DNA of 63,998 nucleotides, counting the filler, from an uncultured bacterium (GTDB taxonomy: Bacteria > CAZSTA01), in NCBI GenBank assembly GCA_964609495.1. It is 5 parts of 5 records of this genome, joined end to end, with 100 filler letters (N's around TTAATTAATTAA, not from the genome) between each part and the next. Parts side by side here need not be neighbours in the genome. Positions count along the whole stretch, not along the records: positions 60,126 to 63,998 come from CAZSTA010000266.1; 4 more parts are not named here. One strand, given 5' to 3'. The notes beneath the pieces were generated by a model. That model was given only the letters and a program-made list of their open reading frames with translations, searched no databases and was not told the origin of the DNA. The translations under genes and the position numbers were made by a program. Shown here one piece after another: positions 60,535 to 63,998 of the stretch; position 1 is the first letter of the stretch, and each line of letters begins with the position of its first letter.

Positions 60535-61290
60535 TTGCCCGATTCTAGGATGAAGAGGAGAGTTTTTATCTCGGTTATATCAATTATAATATTAATTACT
60601 CCTATATCCTCGGCAGGTTCTGTCTATGAGATACAACCTAAGGATACTCTCTGGAGCATAGCTCATAAATATAATATCTCTGTGGAGATTCTCTCCGAAG
60701 TCAATGGATTAGAGGATGCTAACCTGATAAAGACGGGGAAATATCTCTTTATTCCCACTACCTATAAGGTAAAGCCGAAGAATACGCTCTTCAGTTTATC
60801 AAAGATATTCGGTGTTCCTATAGAGGAGATAAAGAGGGCGAATAAAATTGGCGATGATAATATAATAAAGATAGATCAATTATTGGTAATTCCTACTCCT
60901 GAAGATAGAAAATTATCTTTAGTGGTAGCGGTGAGGAATCTACTGGATGTTCCTTATAGATATGGAGGGATAGATGAGAAAGGAGTAGATTGCTCTGGTT
61001 TTATCCAACTAGTGTTTGCTAGAAATGGAATCGAACTCCCGCGTCGCGCTGAGGATCAGTTCAATGAAGGAAAACCCATATCCTATAAGTCCCTTCAGAT
61101 GGGAGATCTACTCTTCTTTGGAGAGAAGGGGCGGGGAGTAACCCACGTGGGAGTATATTTAGATGGGGGTTTCTTCGCGCACTCTTCCTCCGTGGAGGGA
61201 GTATCAATCAGTCGTCTTAAGGATTCCTATTGGAGAACAAGATATATCGGAGCTAGAAGGATATTAAATCTAGAGGAAGCGCCTAGGTGA
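60535..61290 (+). CDS. LysM-domain NlpC/P60 cell-wall peptidase
   Basis: Two LysM repeats; PYRYGG, DCSG, HVG, AHSS. Confidence 0.93.
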   Translation: MPDSRMKRRVFISVISIIILITPISSAGSVYEIQPKDTLWSIAHKYNISVEILSEVNGLEDANLIKTGKYLFIPTTYKVKPKNTLFSLSKIFGVPIEEIKRANKIGDDNIIKIDQLLVIPTPEDRKLSLVVAVRNLLDVPYRYGGIDEKGVDCSGFIQLVFARNGIELPRRAEDQFNEGKPISYKSLQMGDLLFFGEKGRGVTHVGVYLDGGFFAHSSSVEGVSISRLKDSYWRTRYIGARRILNLEEAPR

Positions 61291-62327
61291 AGATGATAAA
61301 AGAAGACGAAAAAATTTTAGGTAGAATCAGGGAAGTTCATTATAGAGATATAGATACTATCGGACGTATTTATCGGGAAACCTTTCCGAGGGAGTTCCGA
61401 ATCGCAGGGATAAATATAGATCAGGAGATAGAGCAGATCAAAGCCTTTTACCCTCTGATGAGGATTCTATCTCTATTTCCCAATAGGTATCAACATTTCT
61501 TCAATATCTATGTTTATGAAAGAGAAGGTCAAGTATTGGGTTGTGTCAGCGTAAATAGTGCGAGAGATAATAAGAGACATTGGTGTATCCACAGCTTTGC
61601 GGTTGATGAAAGATTTAGAGGGCGGGGAATTGGAAGCTCTCTGCTGAAGTATGTTATAGAGCTATATGGGAGATTGGGGACTAAGACTTTCCTATTAGAA
61701 GTTAGGGATAACAATCCTGCTATTAGGCTGTACAAAAGGTTGGGATTTGAGATCGTAACTCATTTCAAGATTATGGAATGGAGAAATCCTCGCCTCGAAG
61801 AGAGGATAATTGCCCCTTCTATCAAAGGGTTTCGCCCCAGGCATTATGGAGATTGGAGAGGGATATTTGAGTTATATCAAGCAGAGACCCCAGAGAACCT
61901 GCGTCGAATTCAAGCGAAACGGACTAATTGCTATCACAACTCTATATTCAAGAGCATCTTCTCCTCTCTTGCTCATCTCTTTACTCAGCTAAATGATATC
62001 GAGTATGTGGTGGACTGTGAGGGAAAGATCATAGCTTATTTGAGTCTGGAATATCGCTCTAAATACTATGAGATTAAAGCTATGCTTCATCCCGATTATC
62101 CGAGCTTGACTAAACCTCTGATTATGAAGGTTAAGAGCCTGCTTTATTCTTGGTTCGCTCGTAGAGCCTTGATCGAGGTGATGGATTACCAGGAAGAGCT
62201 GGGGAATGAGCTCTTGGAGGAGGGATTCTCCATATGTGATGGTCTATATCTGATGGCTAAGATAGTAAAAGAGCCTCGCGATCGGCTATTTATATCCTCG
62301 GAGGGAGAAGATTCGAGAATCGGATAA
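61287..62327 (+). CDS. Tandem-domain GNAT acetyltransferase
   Basis: FRGRGIGSSLL, NPAIRLYKRLGF; degenerate second GNAT domain. Confidence 0.85.
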   Translation: MKMIKEDEKILGRIREVHYRDIDTIGRIYRETFPREFRIAGINIDQEIEQIKAFYPLMRILSLFPNRYQHFFNIYVYEREGQVLGCVSVNSARDNKRHWCIHSFAVDERFRGRGIGSSLLKYVIELYGRLGTKTFLLEVRDNNPAIRLYKRLGFEIVTHFKIMEWRNPRLEERIIAPSIKGFRPRHYGDWRGIFELYQAETPENLRRIQAKRTNCYHNSIFKSIFSSLAHLFTQLNDIEYVVDCEGKIIAYLSLEYRSKYYEIKAMLHPDYPSLTKPLIMKVKSLLYSWFARRALIEVMDYQEELGNELLEEGFSICDGLYLMAKIVKEPRDRLFISSEGEDSRIG

Positions 62328-62334
62328 AGTAATC

Positions 62335-62650
62335 ATGTAGAATATTGTGCTAGCGGTTTTGAACTCCCTTAAATCACCCTCCCCTAACCCCTCCCGTCAG
62401 GCACTGTAAAAAATAGAATGAAAACTCAAAAGACTGGGGGTTTTTGGTGATAAGAGGTGAAAGATGGATAAAATAGGAGAAGAGATTGGGGGGATATTGG
62501 GTCAAGAAATGCTCTAAAGTTAAGGGAGGGGGAAATAAAGAGAGCAGGCTTATCTCGATGTTCCCTCTCCCCTCGTGGGAGAGGGATAGGGTGAGGGGGG
62601 AATCACATCTTGACTTCTTAGTAAAAATCTACTAGCACGAAATTTTACAT
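62335..62650. mobile_element. Nested MITE-like element: outer inverted repeats, REP copy 3, inner IS-end fragment
   Basis: ATGTAGAATATTGTGCTAG…CTAGCACGAAATTTTACAT inverted repeats; REP split by a ~122-bp insert beginning GGCACTGTAAAAAAT. Confidence 0.55.
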
Positions 62651-62674
62651 ACTTCCTCGGATAAAGATATTGTT

Positions 62675-62688
62675 GTATTTTTATGCCA
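62675..62688 (+). promoter_or_regulatory. Possible ARG box
   Basis: TGTATTTTTATGCC resembles the TG(A/C)AT-wwww-AT(T/G)CA consensus; just upstream of a TATAAT and argR. Confidence 0.4.
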
Positions 62689-62755
62689 AATAGGATATAA
62701 TATATACGGGTAGCACCTTGGTTATTTTGATCCGATTCTGATATTTGTCGAGGAG

Positions 62756-63232
62756 GTGATACAGATGTCCAGGCGATCGAAATTAGAAAGACAGGCTAAA
62801 ATAAGGGATATCATCTTAACTACGGAGATCGAAACGCAGAAGGAGTTGATGCAGAGACTTGAGGAGGCGGGGCTAAAGAGCACTCAAGCTACTGTATCTC
62901 GTGATATAAGTGAATTGGGAGTAATTAAGATGCCTTTAGGAGACGGCAGGCATAAATATACTATTCCTCCCAAGGAACGATCCGAGAAGGAGCTTATAGA
63001 TAAGCTAAAAGCTAGGTTCAAAGAGGTGGTTTTGAGTGTAGATCGCGGTGAGAATGATATAGTAGTGGTTACTCGACCAGCTCATGCTCCAGAGATTGCG
63101 GCCGCTATAGATTCTTTATCGCTACCCGAGGTGGTAGGGACGGTAGCTGGTGATAATGCGATCATAGTAGTGGCTAGAAATAAGGAGGTAGCTAGCAAAG
63201 TTGTTGATACATTCGGAGATTTTCTTAAATAG
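62756..63232 (+). CDS. argR: Arginine repressor family regulator
   Basis: TQKEL, TQATVSRD; C-terminal GTVAGDNA (variant). Confidence 0.88.
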   Translation: MIQMSRRSKLERQAKIRDIILTTEIETQKELMQRLEEAGLKSTQATVSRDISELGVIKMPLGDGRHKYTIPPKERSEKELIDKLKARFKEVVLSVDRGENDIVVVTRPAHAPEIAAAIDSLSLPEVVGTVAGDNAIIVVARNKEVASKVVDTFGDFLK

Positions 63233-63254
63233 CTAGGAAGGATGGGGGGGGAAA

Positions 63255-63998
63255 ATGGGAGGTTGGGAAGTTAGAAGGCTAGATGACGCTTTTTCCGAGC
63301 AGATCGGAGAGGATATAAAGAAGATCAGAGGTAGTGTTACCACCGTCAGAGGATTTACAGCGGCAGGGGTTCGTTGCGGTATGAAGACCTCTGGGAAGAG
63401 AGATTTAGCCCTCATTTATTCTAAGGTTCCAGCCAGCGCGGCGGGCCTCTTTACCACCAGCAAATTAAAAGGAGCTCCAGTTATAGTTAGTCAAGAGAAT
63501 ATTATAGGTGGTTTGGCTCAGGCTATAGTGATCAACAGCGGTTATGCGAATGCTTGTACCGGAGAGAAGGGGATAGAGGATGCTCGCCGGATGGTTGAAT
63601 TAGTGGCAGAGGAGCTAAATGTTCTGCCGGAGATGGTTCTTGTAGCTTCCACTGGCTTGATAGGACAACGATTACCTATGGATAAGATCGAGAGGGGGAT
63701 AGTTTCCGCTGTTAATTCCTTGAAATCTGGTGGAGGTGATATCGCGGCAGAAGCTATTATGACCACTGATAACAAGACTAAGGGGATAGCTCTGGAGACG
63801 ACTATAGATGGGGCAATAGTGAGAATAGGTGGGATAGCTAAGGGGACGGTTATGGTGAATCCTGATCTGGCAACTATGTTGGCTTTCATAACTACCGATG
63901 TAGCTATCAGCAGCGTCGCTTTGAATAATGCTTTGAAGAGAGCAGTTGATAAGAGCTTTTCTCGGATTACTATTGATGGGGATCGTAGTCCTAATGAT
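63255..63998 (+). CDS. argJ: Ornithine acetyltransferase ArgJ family, 3' truncated
   Basis: Manual translation: DLALI, FTT, NSGYANACTG, STGLIG, IMTTD, ATML. Confidence 0.9.
   Translation, partial: MGGWEVRRLDDAFSEQIGEDIKKIRGSVTTVRGFTAAGVRCGMKTSGKRDLALIYSKVPASAAGLFTTSKLKGAPVIVSQENIIGGLAQAIVINSGYANACTGEKGIEDARRMVELVAEELNVLPEMVLVASTGLIGQRLPMDKIERGIVSAVNSLKSGGGDIAAEAIMTTDNKTKGIALETTIDGAIVRIGGIAKGTVMVNPDLATMLAFITTDVAISSVALNNALKRAVDKSFSRITIDGDRSPND

Overview
Metagenome-style scaffold made of five unrelated contigs. They are joined by artificial 100-nt N/TTAATTAATTAA linkers at 15040, 30111, 45143 and 60026, so gene adjacency across these points means nothing. The DNA is from an anaerobe-like bacterium with consensus TTGACA-17-TATAAT promoters. 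Contents: the dnaN 3' end, lysS-greA, an ABC-2 exporter, a redox/metal cluster (nitroreductase, DUF362, MBL-rhodanese, superoxide reductase, CopA, thioredoxin), two orphan DNA methyltransferases, sugar ABC permeases, metabolic genes, an ECF sigma/anti-sigma locus, large repeat-rich surface proteins, a GT-C/CDP-sugar glycosylation cluster, tRNA-Gln, spoVG/veg, gatA and argR-argJ. The most notable signals are non-coding. (1) A ~390-nt multi-domain structured RNA candidate (2647-3031) lies between a strong promoter and an intrinsic terminator with a possible antiterminator; I cannot assign it to a known class. (2) An ORF-less IS200/IS605 (IscB-type) element retains a HEARO/omegaRNA scaffold (32655-33120) and sits exactly in front of a start codon. 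(3) A c-di-GMP-II riboswitch precedes a secreted subtilase. (4) greA has an attenuator-like leader. (5) There are nested REP/MITE elements and in-frame palindromes inside genes. Protein oddities: a PHP-GDPD fusion, ArgR and ArgJ both carrying altered ligand/active-site motifs, and a GreA with an Asp-rich tip. All family calls come from motif recognition by eye, not database searches.
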